Source of the DNA: Alphaproteobacteria bacterium
GTDB taxonomy: Bacteria > Pseudomonadota > Alphaproteobacteria > WRAU01 > Hepatincolaceae
Direction: 5' to 3'
Assembly (NCBI GenBank): GCA_031256515.1
Contig: JAIRQL010000100.1
Location: 19,113 to 83,112, forward strand
DNA length: 64,000 bases
The notes under the pieces are model-generated. The model did not search any database and was not told where the DNA came from. It saw only the letters and a list, made by a program, of their open reading frames with translations. Every line of letters starts with the position of its first letter. Position 1 is the first letter of the stretch. The translations under genes and the position numbers were made by a program. This document shows, piece after piece, positions 1-10,171 of this stretch.

Positions 1-431
1 ATATCTTTTTGTAGTAATACCCTAAGCGAATCTTCTACTAGATTAGATTCGTAAGGAGGATCTAAAAAAACTAAATCAATTTTTTCTTTTATCTGCGGAA
101 GATTAAGAGCATCGCTAACAATATATTGACTATTAACAGGAGGATGCAGAGAATCCACAAATTTTTTAATACTAGCTATTGCTTGAGGGTCTTTATCTAC
201 AAAAATTACTTTATTTGACCCCCGAGATAAACTCTCAATCCCTAAACTGCCAGACCCTGCAAAAAGATCTAAAACTACTCCCCGAAGGTTATATTTATAA
301 GAATGCTGTAAGATATTAAAAACAGTCTCTTTAACCCTATCGGTAGTTGGTCTTATGGCAATATTTTCGCTCATAGGAATTTTTTTGCCTTTGTATTTCC
401 CTGAGATAACTCTGCCGAATTTATTACTCAT
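1..431 (-). CDS. rsmD: 16S rRNA m2G966 methyltransferase RsmD (3' end runs off window start; not in ORF track)
   Basis: Manual translation from ATG at 431: MSNKFGRVISGKYKGKKIPMSENIAIRPTTDRVKETVFNIL...VLDLFAGSGSLGIESLSRG; ATGA overlap with upstream gene stop. Confidence 0.88.
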   Translation of the reverse strand, partial: MSNKFGRVISGKYKGKKIPMSENIAIRPTTDRVKETVFNILQHSYKYNLRGVVLDLFAGSGSLGIESLSRGSNKVIFVDKDPQAIASIKKFVDSLHPPVNSQYIVSDALNLPQIKEKIDLVFLDPPYESNLVEDSLRVLLQKD

Positions 432-1195
432 TTAGTAGTTCTAATACCAATACTTTCAAGAGCCTTTTTAGGAAACATTTTTTCTAACGAAGATAAGCCC
501 ATTTCTTTAATATCACCCTCATTCATACCATCTATACTATATGTACCAAAAGATGTACGGATTAATCTATTTACCTGCAACCCTAAATGTTCGCAAATAA
601 TTCTGATTTCACGATTTTTGCCCTCTTTAAGCACAAACTCAATCCAAACATTATCTTTATTTCTTCTTAAAATATTTGCAATAATTGGCTGATAGTGGAT
701 TCCCTCAATACTTATGCCTAAAGCTAAATCGTCTAGTTGTTTTTGCTCTATTTTGCCATAAGCTCTTACCTTATAGGTTCTTTTTAAACCTAAGCTAGGA
801 GAGCTTAAAAGATTTGCTAACTCGCCATTATTGGTTAAAAGTAGCAAGCCTTCGGAGGTTAGATCTAGCCGACCTACATAAACTAATCTTGGTAAATTTT
901 TAGGAAGATAATCATAAATTGTGGCTCTACCTTTTTCATCTTTAGAAGAACACACCAAACCATTAGGTTTATAATATAAATACAGTTGAGTTTTAGATTC
1001 TGCTTTTAGTGGAATATCATCAATAGATATTTGATCTTTTTTACTAACTAAAAAAGCTGGAGTTTCTATAAGAGTATCATTAACTTTAACTTTCTTTTGC
1101 AAAATAAGTTTTTCAGCATCACGGCGAGAACAATATCCTAAGTGAGCGATTCTTTTAGCGATTCTTTCTTGGTTTTTAGGGGCAGATTCAATCAT
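428..1195 (-). CDS. rluB: RsuA/RluB-family pseudouridine synthase
   Basis: N-terminal S4 domain (CSRRDAEKLI), catalytic VGRLD, LKEGKNREIR motif. Confidence 0.85.
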   Translation of the reverse strand: MIESAPKNQERIAKRIAHLGYCSRRDAEKLILQKKVKVNDTLIETPAFLVSKKDQISIDDIPLKAESKTQLYLYYKPNGLVCSSKDEKGRATIYDYLPKNLPRLVYVGRLDLTSEGLLLLTNNGELANLLSSPSLGLKRTYKVRAYGKIEQKQLDDLALGISIEGIHYQPIIANILRRNKDNVWIEFVLKEGKNREIRIICEHLGLQVNRLIRTSFGTYSIDGMNEGDIKEMGLSSLEKMFPKKALESIGIRTTK

Positions 1196-1246
1196 AATAA
1201 TAAATATCCTATTTAACTTAAAAAGAATAACCTGTTTTTAAATGAT

Positions 1247-1669
1247 ATGAAACTGTTTAATAATAAATATATGGAATTAGCTATTTTAGAGGCAGAAAAG
1301 TGCTTAGAAGAAATCCCCGTGGGTTGTGTAATTGTTAATAATACTACAGGAGAAATTCTTGCTGTTGCTAAAAATCAAATGCTTAACAATAATGACCCAA
1401 CTGCTCATGCAGAAATTTTAGCTATCCAAGAGGCTTGTACTAAGATAAATAATTATCGTCTAGAAGATACCTCTATATTTATAACTCTAGAACCCTGTAA
1501 GATGTGTATGGAAGCTATAAAATTGGCAAGAATTACTAATGTTTACTTTGGAGCATATTCTTATAAAACAGAATCTTCTCATAATCCTAATGTTATTGGT
1601 GGCTTTTATGAAAAAGAATGTAGCGAAATTCTTAATAAATTTTTTCAAGATAAAAGAGAAACTAAATAA
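1247..1669 (+). CDS. tadA: tRNA adenosine(34) deaminase
   Basis: EIPVG, AHAE and TLEPCKMC zinc deaminase motifs. Confidence 0.85.
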   Translation: MKLFNNKYMELAILEAEKCLEEIPVGCVIVNNTTGEILAVAKNQMLNNNDPTAHAEILAIQEACTKINNYRLEDTSIFITLEPCKMCMEAIKLARITNVYFGAYSYKTESSHNPNVIGGFYEKECSEILNKFFQDKRETK

Positions 1670-1698
1670 GGGTTATAATCTAAAAAATTATAGCCCTT
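1668..1698. terminator. Bidirectional hairpin between convergent tadA and ptsG
   Basis: AAGGGTTATAAT / ATTATAGCCCTT 12-bp stem (one G-T pair), 7-nt loop. Confidence 0.55.
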
Positions 1699-1719
1699 AC
1701 CTAGTTTTATAAAAAACAC

Positions 1720-3183
1720 TTAGTTTTTATCAATCCATTTTTGCATGTATTGTCTGAGATTGTCGCTTTTAGCACCAAAAATAGCTTGGACTCCACTACC
1801 AACTACAATACAGCCTGCTGCTCCTAATCTCTTTAATTCATCTTGATTAACTTTAGATTTATCTTTTACTGAAATCCGTAATCTGGTAATACAAGCATCT
1901 AGGTTTGTAATATTTTCTTTACCGCCATAAGCAGCTACTAAATTACCACCTAACTCAAAATCTGCAGCATCTTCTTTTTTATTACTAGTTCCCATAACTC
2001 CATCTAAACCAATAATATTTAAATCGTCCCCTCTTCCTGGAGTTTTTAAATCAAAGGTTCTAATAGCAAACACAAATACAAAAAAGTAAATAAAGAAAGT
2101 AATTATTCCTAAAGGAATTAACATCCAAGCATTAGTTGATTGTGGATATAGTATTATAAAATCAAACAATCCTTGTGAAAATGTAGTTCCATGCCTAATT
2201 CCTAAAAGAATCACTGGAATATAACCAACTGCTGCTAATACACAATGAACTAAATACAAAGCTGGTGCTACAAAAAGAAATGAAAATTCTACTGGTTCGG
2301 TAATTCCGGTTAAAAAAGAAGTTAAAGCCGCTGAAATCATTAAAGAAGCTACCATTTTTTTATTTTCTGGTTTAGCGGTATATATCATGGCAAGTGCTGC
2401 ACCTGGTAAACCATACATACAAAATAAATAAGAGCCAGCTAAGTATCCCGCTGTGCTATCTCCATGTAAATATCTTGGAATTTCTCCGTGTACTACTTCA
2501 CCAGTGGATGTTAGATAAGAACCAATTTCAAAAAAGAATGGCACATTCCAAATATGATGTAAACCAGTTGGAATTAGTAATCTTTCTACAAAAGCATAAG
2601 TAGTATAAGCAATAAGAGGATTTTCGTAAGCAGCCCAGTTAGATCCCACATGGATAAGCCAACCCAAAGGCTGCCAAATAAATACGAATACAACTCCCAA
2701 TAACAAAGCACTTAAACAGGTTATAATTGGCACAAATCTTCTACCACTAAAAAAACCTAAGAAATCTGGCAATTTAATATTGTGATATTTATTATGACAA
2801 AAAGCTGCTAAAAAGCCGATAGCAATACCACCTAGTACTCCGACTTCAACTGAGTTAATACCTAAAATTTCACTAGTTTGCATTCCTATAAACCCAGCAA
2901 CAACCCCCATTGTAGCTAAAAATACATAATAACCACAAATCGCCGCTAAAGCAGCTACTCCATCCATTTTAGTAAAAGCAATAACTGTACCTACTGCAAA
3001 AAGTAGTGGCATAATGGTAAAGATAGAACCACCTGCAGCTTCCATCATTTGGGAAAACCATTGTGGAAGAAAAGGCAAATTAGCCGAACCAATCCCCAGT
3101 AAAATACCTGCAACAGGCAATACTGCCACAGGGAGCATAAAGGCTTGTCCTACCTTTTGTAAGTTAGAAAAAAGCGATCCCAT
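1720..3183 (-). CDS. ptsG: PTS glucose-specific EIICB component
   Basis: [34 protein letters not shown]-terminal [14 protein letters not shown] with phospho-Cys. Confidence 0.92.
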   Translation of the reverse strand: MGSLFSNLQKVGQAFMLPVAVLPVAGILLGIGSANLPFLPQWFSQMMEAAGGSIFTIMPLLFAVGTVIAFTKMDGVAALAAICGYYVFLATMGVVAGFIGMQTSEILGINSVEVGVLGGIAIGFLAAFCHNKYHNIKLPDFLGFFSGRRFVPIITCLSALLLGVVFVFIWQPLGWLIHVGSNWAAYENPLIAYTTYAFVERLLIPTGLHHIWNVPFFFEIGSYLTSTGEVVHGEIPRYLHGDSTAGYLAGSYLFCMYGLPGAALAMIYTAKPENKKMVASLMISAALTSFLTGITEPVEFSFLFVAPALYLVHCVLAAVGYIPVILLGIRHGTTFSQGLFDFIILYPQSTNAWMLIPLGIITFFIYFFVFVFAIRTFDLKTPGRGDDLNIIGLDGVMGTSNKKEDAADFELGGNLVAAYGGKENITNLDACITRLRISVKDKSKVNQDELKRLGAAGCIVVGSGVQAIFGAKSDNLRQYMQKWIDKN

Positions 3184-3376
3184 TTTTATTTAACCTCGTT
3201 GTTAATCTTAAGCATTATTTAATAAAATGTTGCTACAGATACAACATCTTTATCACACAATTATATCACCATTTTGTTATTAAACAACAAATATCCACTA
3301 AAATGACAAGACTATTAAAACAAGTATTTATTTCTTGCATTTAGTTTTATGATATATTCCTTTAAGGAGAATAAAA

Positions 3377-3682
3377 ATGACTAAGAATATTAAAGTACTT
3401 ATACCACTAATTGCTAAACAAGGAAGATTAGAAGAAGCCGAAAGAATTATTATGGAAATGATTCCTGCTATTAGAAATAACCCTAATTGTTTGGAATTTA
3501 GGGTATTTAAAGATATGCAGAATCCAAATAAGTTTACTCTCTTAGAATATTGGATAAACATGGAAGCTATTACTGAACATAGTAAAAAACCTTATATGGC
3601 AGAAATTATGGCTAAAAAATCTATCATATTTGAAGGTATAGCAGGAGAAATTGTTAGCGAATTATCAACTATAGAAAACTAA
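3377..3682 (+). CDS. ABM-domain (putative quinol monooxygenase) protein
   Basis: 101 aa; pattern IRNNPNCLEF...NKFTLLEYW...AITEH...PYM; AGGAG RBS upstream. Confidence 0.75.
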   Translation: MTKNIKVLIPLIAKQGRLEEAERIIMEMIPAIRNNPNCLEFRVFKDMQNPNKFTLLEYWINMEAITEHSKKPYMAEIMAKKSIIFEGIAGEIVSELSTIEN

Positions 3683-3823
3683 ATATATGGTTTTCATGTA
3701 AGTAAGATTTGATAGTTTCTTTCAATATATTTTAGGAAATATTATTAAATCTTATTAATTATATTGTTTATACTTCTATTGGTTATATATCCATCTCTAC
3801 CAACAGGAGCTTGCTAATCAGGT

Positions 3824-4138
3824 TTATCCTTCACTAATAATTTTATAGGTTATATCTCTACCCTCTTTATCTAAGATATATTTAACTTGCTCAGGATCTA
3901 CTAAAAAGAATTCCCTATTTGGACTTACTCTATATCTATCAAAAACTTCATGTAGTGCTTTTTCAGCTATTTTATAGTTTCTTACTTCATAAACACACTC
4001 TATTTCAAAAGGTGCTGGAATACTTGTAGGGCTATTTAACTCAGCCAATCTTCTTTTCATATTATTAGTTTGCCCTATTTTATATAAATTAGGCATGTAT
4101 TCATTTTTTATAAGATAGATATAACCTCTATTTCTCAT
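3824..4138 (-). CDS. T5orf172/MUG113-type GIY-YIG domain protein
   Basis: GYIYLIKN...YKIGQT...RRLAELNS.TSIPAPF...E..LH..FDRYRVSPNREFF. Confidence 0.85.
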   Translation of the reverse strand: MRNRGYIYLIKNEYMPNLYKIGQTNNMKRRLAELNSPTSIPAPFEIECVYEVRNYKIAEKALHEVFDRYRVSPNREFFLVDPEQVKYILDKEGRDITYKIISEG

Positions 4139-4216
4139 TTTGCGAACCTTTTTATTAATTTTTATAAATATTTTACAACATAATAATAAAATGTATAGAT
4201 ATAAAAATTAAAAAAA

Positions 4217-4232
4217 TGTTTCACATGAAATG
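4217..4232. other. Degenerate parS site
   Basis: TGTTTCACATGAAATG, 3 mismatches to TGTTTCACGTGAAACA. Confidence 0.6.
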
Positions 4233-4254
4233 TTAGCTATATATAATAAATATC

Positions 4255-5793
4255 TTATTTATCATTAATCTTATTAAAAATAACATAAATATTCCCATTG
4301 TATTCAAAAATAGAGCCTTCTTTAGGAAAGATAATATCTTTTTGAGTTTTGCTTTCAATAATATTTCTTAATTCTAAATCAATGTTATTATTATATAGAA
4401 TCTCAACATTAGAGTATCCTATATTTTTAACTAAAGCATTAACTTCATAATGATTAGCCCAAGTTTTAAAATCTGGAAAATATGAAAAAAATCTAAAAAG
4501 ATCCACTTCTCTTTTATTATATAATGAAAATATTTGATTATTATACCCATAAACATATATTTTTGTGCCTACTTTAGAACTTAATTTAAGAGCTTCTAAT
4601 TCAATCTTATCATAGATATATGTATTGACTCTTTCTATAATCTTATTGGCATCAAAAAATCTATCAATCAAAGAAATAGATATTAAAATATAAATAGATA
4701 AAACTACATATAATATTTTCACTAAATACTTATTAAAAACATTGAGTGAAATCATAAATAAAATAGCAAATAAATAATGAATACTATTTAACCTAACATT
4801 AGTTCCATGAATATTTATTAAAATATCCGAAATATAGGAAATAAACATCAAAATAAAAATGCATATAAAAATAAGGATAGATAGAAAATAAGTTCTTTTT
4901 TTGATGATACTATAAATTAATAACATAGTATTTAAAATAACAATGGAATAAAAATAAATAGGCATATGTTTTAATGTAAAAAAAACACTTTTTATTCTGG
5001 CAAAAAGGAGAGATAGACTATCTATTGGAATATACTCTCCTCTCCAACCTCCATACTGTTGTTCTGCATTAAGATAAAAAAGAAGAAACTTATTTATAGT
5101 ATAAAAAATTAAAATTCCTAATAAAATATATACTACATGAAGATATTTATCTTTAATTATTTGTTTAAATGTTACCTTATTATCTAATAAAAATTCACAA
5201 AATATAGATAAAAACAATATAGTAATATAAATATAAAAAACTACTGGCATTAAATTTAATGCAGCAAATATTGCCAAAGCAGAGACAAGTACTTTTAAAT
5301 ATATGTTTAAATTAGTATGTGTAAATACATAATAAGAGTATGATGTTATAAATATACCTAACTGTATCGTAAAAAACATTGTAGACCAATACATAAGGAA
5401 AATATTAAATGGATTTACTATTAATAATAACGATAAAAACAACCAAGATATTTTCGTTATATTAGGAAAAAACAACTTAATTAAAATAAAGTTATTTACA
5501 TAAAAAAGAACAAATCCAAATAGTAAAACTACTTTATAAGATAAATATAATTGGTTAACTATCTCTACAATTATTGGATAAAAAAATCTACTCTCACTAA
5601 TAATGCGATTTTTAACTTCATTTATAAAATTCATCTCGTTAACATAATAAATTATATCATCATGTGCAGAGATAAAATGGAAAAGTATAAAACATATTGC
5701 TAAAACTATCAATAAAAATATATAATAATTTCTATTCTCTTTTATATCTTTTAGAGCATAAGCTAGTAGGTTATTACTTGCTTTACTTAACAT
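4255..5793 (-). CDS. GtrII/GtrC-like polytopic membrane glycosyltransferase, paralog 1
   Basis: About 12 hydrophobic segments, N-terminal HDD, C-terminal soluble domain ending FPKEGSIFEYNGNIYVIF; clear paralog of 8552-10108; near gtrA/gtrB. Confidence 0.65.
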   Translation of the reverse strand: MLSKASNNLLAYALKDIKENRNYYIFLLIVLAICFILFHFISAHDDIIYYVNEMNFINEVKNRIISESRFFYPIIVEIVNQLYLSYKVVLLFGFVLFYVNNFILIKLFFPNITKISWLFLSLLLIVNPFNIFLMYWSTMFFTIQLGIFITSYSYYVFTHTNLNIYLKVLVSALAIFAALNLMPVVFYIYITILFLSIFCEFLLDNKVTFKQIIKDKYLHVVYILLGILIFYTINKFLLFYLNAEQQYGGWRGEYIPIDSLSLLFARIKSVFFTLKHMPIYFYSIVILNTMLLIYSIIKKRTYFLSILIFICIFILMFISYISDILINIHGTNVRLNSIHYLFAILFMISLNVFNKYLVKILYVVLSIYILISISLIDRFFDANKIIERVNTYIYDKIELEALKLSSKVGTKIYVYGYNNQIFSLYNKREVDLFRFFSYFPDFKTWANHYEVNALVKNIGYSNVEILYNNNIDLELRNIIESKTQKDIIFPKEGSIFEYNGNIYVIFNKINDK

Positions 5794-5820
5794 AAATATC
5801 CTTATTGTTGTTTATAAAGA

Positions 5821-5836
5821 TGTTTCACGTGAAACA
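5821..5836. other. parS site (perfect)
   Basis: TGTTTCACGTGAAACA. Confidence 0.92.
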
Positions 5837-5872
5837 TTATTTACAAAAATAAATACTTTTAAATTATTAGTT

Positions 5873-6781
5873 CTAAAAGTTTAATAGTTTTTTTAGTTCT
5901 TCTATATTAGAGTACTTAATTTTAACTTCGCCTGAATTTGTATCTTTAGGATTTATTTTAACTCTAATTTGAGGGAATTCCCCGACAACTTTATCTTGCC
6001 AAGCAAGTATTTCGGTACTTAATTTAGCAAGTTTTTCTTTTTCTCTTTCAAAAGCCACACTGTTATCTTTAACAAGCTTTTCGGCTTTTCTTACATTGAG
6101 GTCATCTTTAATAATTTTTTGAGCTATTTCCATAGGATTTTCAGCACTCACCAGCATTTTTGCATGCCCTGCTGAAATTGAACCGCTTTTTATCAGTTGT
6201 AAAATATCTTGGGGTAAACTTAATATTCTTAAAAAATTAGTAACATAGCTTCTACTTCTTCCTACTACTTTTGCTACATCTTCATGAGTATAATTAAACT
6301 CATCACAAAGATTTTTATAAGCTACAGCCTCTTCTATAACATCTAAATCTTTTCTATGGAGATTTTCAATTAAGCCAATCTCCATAACCTCTTTATCGCT
6401 AGCCTCTATAATAATTGCTGAAATTTGCTCTAATCCTGCTAACTTACTAGCACGACATCTTCTTTCTCCAGCAATAATTTCATATCTATTTTCATCAATT
6501 TTTCTTAAAAGAACTGGTTGAATTACACCTTTTTCTTTAATAGAATTTGCTAAGTTTTCTAACTCTTCCTGATTAAAAGTTTTTCTAGCTTGATAACGAG
6601 ATGGCTCACATTTGTTTAAATCTACCTTAACTATATGAAAAGCCGATGGAATATTTATTTCTTTGACTTCTTTATTACCAATATCACCTAATAATGCGGA
6701 AATTCCTTTGCCTAAAGATGGAGCTTTTTTAAAATTTCCTCTAGCCACCATTATTTCTTTTAAATCTATATCTTTTGTCAT
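5873..6781 (-). CDS. parB: Chromosome partition protein ParB
   Basis: LGKGISALLG, YQARKTF, IIAGERRCRA, ENLHRKDL, HTH GRSRSYVTNFLRIL. Confidence 0.95.
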   Translation of the reverse strand: MTKDIDLKEIMVARGNFKKAPSLGKGISALLGDIGNKEVKEINIPSAFHIVKVDLNKCEPSRYQARKTFNQEELENLANSIKEKGVIQPVLLRKIDENRYEIIAGERRCRASKLAGLEQISAIIIEASDKEVMEIGLIENLHRKDLDVIEEAVAYKNLCDEFNYTHEDVAKVVGRSRSYVTNFLRILSLPQDILQLIKSGSISAGHAKMLVSAENPMEIAQKIIKDDLNVRKAEKLVKDNSVAFEREKEKLAKLSTEILAWQDKVVGEFPQIRVKINPKDTNSGEVKIKYSNIEELKKLLNF

Positions 6782-6783
6782 GT

Positions 6784-7572
6784 TTATACCTTTTGTCTTT
6801 CTTGCAAGATTACCTCAGAGGCTAAATCTATATAAGCCTTTGAACCAACACAATTTGGATCATAAACTAAAACTGGATAGCCATGTGAAGGAGCTTCTGA
6901 AACTCTTACATTTCTTGGAATTACTGTATTATAAACTAATTTACCATAGTACTTTCTAACATCATCGTTTATCATTTTTGATAAATTATTTCTTGAATCG
7001 TACATGGTAAGCACAATACCACGAATTTTTAAACCAGTATTAATTGATACATTAATAGTTTCAATAGTTTTAATTAAATGGCTTAAACCTTCTAAAGCAA
7101 AATACTCACATTGTAAAGGAATCAATACCTCATGTGAAGCAGCTAAAGCATTTACTGTTAGTAATCCTAAAGAAGGCGGACAATCTATTAAAATATAGTC
7201 AAATTTTTGAGTAGCCTCTTGGAGAGCATTTTTAAGATAAAACTCTTTTTTCTCAATACTTGCTAATTCTACCTCTGCACCAGAAAGATCCATCGTTGCT
7301 GGAATTATACTTAGGTTAGGAATTGGAGTACTTATAGCAACTTTATCTAAAGGTTCTTGCCCTAAAATAAAATTATAGCTTGTAGCTTTAAACGAATCGT
7401 TATAAATTCCTAAACCACTGGTAGAATTACTTTGTGGATCAAGATCTACCACTAGCACTTTTCTTTTCATAGCACATAAAGCTGTTGCTAAATTCATAGT
7501 TGTGGTAGTTTTACCAACTCCACCTTTTTGATTAACAATAGAAATAATCTTTGAGTCTTTTTGTCCTTTCAT
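6784..7572 (-). CDS. parA: Chromosome partition ATPase ParA (start moved to ATG 7572)
   Basis: Deviant Walker A NQKGGVGKTTT, DLDPQ, IDCPPSLG, EAPSHG. Confidence 0.95.
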   Translation of the reverse strand: MKGQKDSKIISIVNQKGGVGKTTTTMNLATALCAMKRKVLVVDLDPQSNSTSGLGIYNDSFKATSYNFILGQEPLDKVAISTPIPNLSIIPATMDLSGAEVELASIEKKEFYLKNALQEATQKFDYILIDCPPSLGLLTVNALAASHEVLIPLQCEYFALEGLSHLIKTIETINVSINTGLKIRGIVLTMYDSRNNLSKMINDDVRKYYGKLVYNTVIPRNVRVSEAPSHGYPVLVYDPNCVGSKAYIDLASEVILQERQKV

Positions 7573-7751
7573 AATGTCTCTTATTTGTAGAAAGTTTCCT
7601 ATGCAATATTGCATTGTTTTATAGAAAATTTATATAATTAATTTAGCAATTAATCAAGATAAAACTGTTTTAAATGTTATTATAATATAATTATATATTA
7701 TAATTCCTTAGAATTTGCTATGTTTGTTTAGCTAATAAAAAATGGTCTTAA

Positions 7752-7767
7752 CGTTTCACGTGAAACA
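7752..7767. other. parS site
   Basis: CGTTTCACGTGAAACA, 1 mismatch. Confidence 0.88.
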
Positions 7768-7781
7768 TCTTTTGCTAATTA

Positions 7782-8480
7782 TTAAATATTTTCAACAATT
7801 ATAATCTTACTATCATGGTTAGTAAGGCTTTGCTTAACAGAAACTTTCAAATTACATTCTTGATTAGCAGATATTTGGTTTACTAGAGATTTATTTTTGC
7901 TATTTAAACCATCTATCTCCTGCAAATAATTTTGCCCCTTAAGGAATATACAAACACTATCTTGTTTGCTAAACATTCTTGCAGAATCTACTAAGCTATC
8001 TAATTTGGTTAATCCTCGTGAAAGGATAATATCTGCTTTAATGTTTTCTTTAGAAAAATCTTCAATTCTTTTATTTACTACAATCACATTTTTAAGTTCT
8101 AAAACTCTAACTATCTCAGATAAGAAAGCAGTTTTTTTAGAATTAGATTCTATTAAGTAATATTTATTTTTAGTATCAATAACAGCTAAAACTAAACCAG
8201 GAAAACCTGCACCTGAGCCTAAATCAAAAACATTTAAAGATTCACTAGATATATTTTGTGTATTATCTCTTGGTAAAGTCTCTTTTTTACTTTCTTCTAC
8301 TGCTTTGATTTCTTTAATAAGTTGTAGTGAATCATAAAAATGTCTTTGCCAAGCATTGGTAATAGTATCATTAGAAATTAGATTAAGAGACCTCTGCCAA
8401 AATAATAATATTTCTAAATATTTTTCTAGCTTTTTGTAGAGGAAATCTTCCACCTCTAAATCAAGAATATCAATATACAC
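7782..8480 (-). CDS. rsmG: 16S rRNA m7G527 methyltransferase RsmG/GidB (start proposed at GTG 8480, behind AGGGA RBS)
   Basis: WQRSLNLIS, RHFYDS, DLGSGAGFPG, ESNSKK, LKG motifs; between mnmG and parA. Confidence 0.92.
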   Translation of the reverse strand: MYIDILDLEVEDFLYKKLEKYLEILLFWQRSLNLISNDTITNAWQRHFYDSLQLIKEIKAVEESKKETLPRDNTQNISSESLNVFDLGSGAGFPGLVLAVIDTKNKYYLIESNSKKTAFLSEIVRVLELKNVIVVNKRIEDFSKENIKADIILSRGLTKLDSLVDSARMFSKQDSVCIFLKGQNYLQEIDGLNSKNKSLVNQISANQECNLKVSVKQSLTNHDSKIIIVENI

Positions 8481-8497
8481 TAATATATCCCTAGTTA

Positions 8498-8526
8498 TTA
8501 TAAACAATGTTTCACGTGAAACATTA
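8498..8526. repeat. 29-bp direct repeat copy A containing perfect parS (8508-8523)
   Basis: TTATAAACAATGTTTCACGTGAAACATTA, identical to 10127-10155. Confidence 0.9.
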
Positions 8527-8551
8527 GTCTAGCATATAATAATTTATAACT

Positions 8552-10108
8552 CTACCTATTATCTTTAGAGAAAATAACATAAATATTTCCATTATATTCA
8601 AAAATAGATCCTTCTTTTGGAAATAAAATATCTTTTTGAATTTTACTATCAATAATATTTCTTAGCTCTTTATCAATATTATCATCAAATAAATGTTCAA
8701 CATTATAATACCCAATATTACTAATTAAGAATGGTAACTGATAATAAAACTTAGAATACATTGTAGTTCTTAATTTATAAGAAAATATATCTAATAAATC
8801 CATATCCCTCTTAAATATATTAAAAGATTTGTTGGATCCATAAGTATATACTTTTGTTTTATAGTTAGAACTTTGACTTATGTTTAAATTAGAACTTTCT
8901 AATTCAACTCTATCGTAAATATATGTATTGATTCTATGTATATTAGCATTAATCTTAGAATACCTATCAATCAAAGATACAGACATTAAAATATAAATAG
9001 CTAAAATTACATATAATATTTTCACTAAATATTTATGAAAAACATTTAATGAAATCATAAATAAAATAGAAAATAAGTAGTATATACTATGTAATCTTAC
9101 AGGAGTCCCTCTAATATTTATTAGAATATCTGTAATATAAGGAACAAACATCAAAATAAAAATACAAATAAAGAAAAGTATAGAAAGCCAATATACTCTT
9201 CTCTTATAAAGATTGTAAACTAAAAACATAATATTAATAATAATTATAGAATAAAAATAAATAGGAAGTTGATTTTTTAAAGTAAGAAAAATATTTTTTA
9301 TTCTAGTAAAAAGAATTGATAAACTATCTATTGGAATATATTCACCTCGAGATGGTAAATAATTATGACTATTTATTGAAAAAATAAAAAACAACAACTT
9401 AATTATAATAAAATAAATAGTTACACTTAATAAAATATATATAATATGTAGATAGTTATCTTTAATAATTTTCTTAAATGTTGCTTCACCATCTAATAAA
9501 AATTTATAAAAAATAGATAAGAATAATATAGTTATATAAATATAAAAAATTACAGGCATTATTTGTATGGAAATACATAAAAATACAGCTAAAATAATTA
9601 TTTTTAGATATTTATTTAAACTAAAATATAAAAATATATAATAAGACCAAAATATCATAAACACACCTAATTGTATGCTAAAAAACATTGTAGACCAATA
9701 TAAAAGGTGAATATGAAAAGGATTTACTATTAATAATAAAGATAAAAATAACCAAGATATTTTTGTTATATTTGGAAAAAATAATTTAATTAAAACAAAA
9801 TTATTTATATAAAAAAGAATAAAACCAAATAATAAAATAATTTTAGGTGATAAGTATAATAAATTTATCATATAAATGATTATAGGATAGCCAGCTCTAT
9901 ATTCAGCAGATAATCTAAATAAAAAATCATTTTTGAAGTTAATACTATCATAAAAGTACATTAAGTCATCTTGAGCAAAAACAAATGAATAAGAAGAAAA
10001 AATTATAGCCAAGAATATCAAAAAAATTATATGATAATTTTTATTTTCTTTTATATCACTAAATATATAGGAAAACAGACTATTTTTCTGATTACTTAAT
10101 TTATTCAA
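8552..10108 (-). CDS. GtrII/GtrC-like polytopic membrane glycosyltransferase, paralog 2
   Basis: Paralog of 4255-5793 (shared FPNITKISWLFLSLLLIVNPF, RGEYIPIDSLS, FPKEGSIFEYNGNIYVIF); TTG start with AGGA RBS. Confidence 0.65.
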   Translation of the reverse strand: MNKLSNQKNSLFSYIFSDIKENKNYHIIFLIFLAIIFSSYSFVFAQDDLMYFYDSINFKNDFLFRLSAEYRAGYPIIIYMINLLYLSPKIILLFGFILFYINNFVLIKLFFPNITKISWLFLSLLLIVNPFHIHLLYWSTMFFSIQLGVFMIFWSYYIFLYFSLNKYLKIIILAVFLCISIQIMPVIFYIYITILFLSIFYKFLLDGEATFKKIIKDNYLHIIYILLSVTIYFIIIKLLFFIFSINSHNYLPSRGEYIPIDSLSILFTRIKNIFLTLKNQLPIYFYSIIIINIMFLVYNLYKRRVYWLSILFFICIFILMFVPYITDILINIRGTPVRLHSIYYLFSILFMISLNVFHKYLVKILYVILAIYILMSVSLIDRYSKINANIHRINTYIYDRVELESSNLNISQSSNYKTKVYTYGSNKSFNIFKRDMDLLDIFSYKLRTTMYSKFYYQLPFLISNIGYYNVEHLFDDNIDKELRNIIDSKIQKDILFPKEGSIFEYNGNIYVIFSKDNR

Positions 10109-10126
10109 TATAACTATCCTAATTTT

Positions 10127-10155
10127 TTATAAACAATGTTTCACGTGAAACATTA
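10127..10155. repeat. 29-bp direct repeat copy B containing perfect parS (10137-10152)
   Basis: TTATAAACAATGTTTCACGTGAAACATTA, identical to 8498-8526. Confidence 0.9.
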
Positions 10156-10171
10156 TGCTAATATTTTTATT

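Noticed and set aside
8508-8531. parS upstream of rsmG reads in frame as NVSRET, a motif common at alphaproteobacterial RsmG N-termini
   Set aside because: An in-frame TAG at 8529-8531 and no start codon precede it; a good RBS precedes GTG 8480, so it is probably untranslated and the frame match may be chance.
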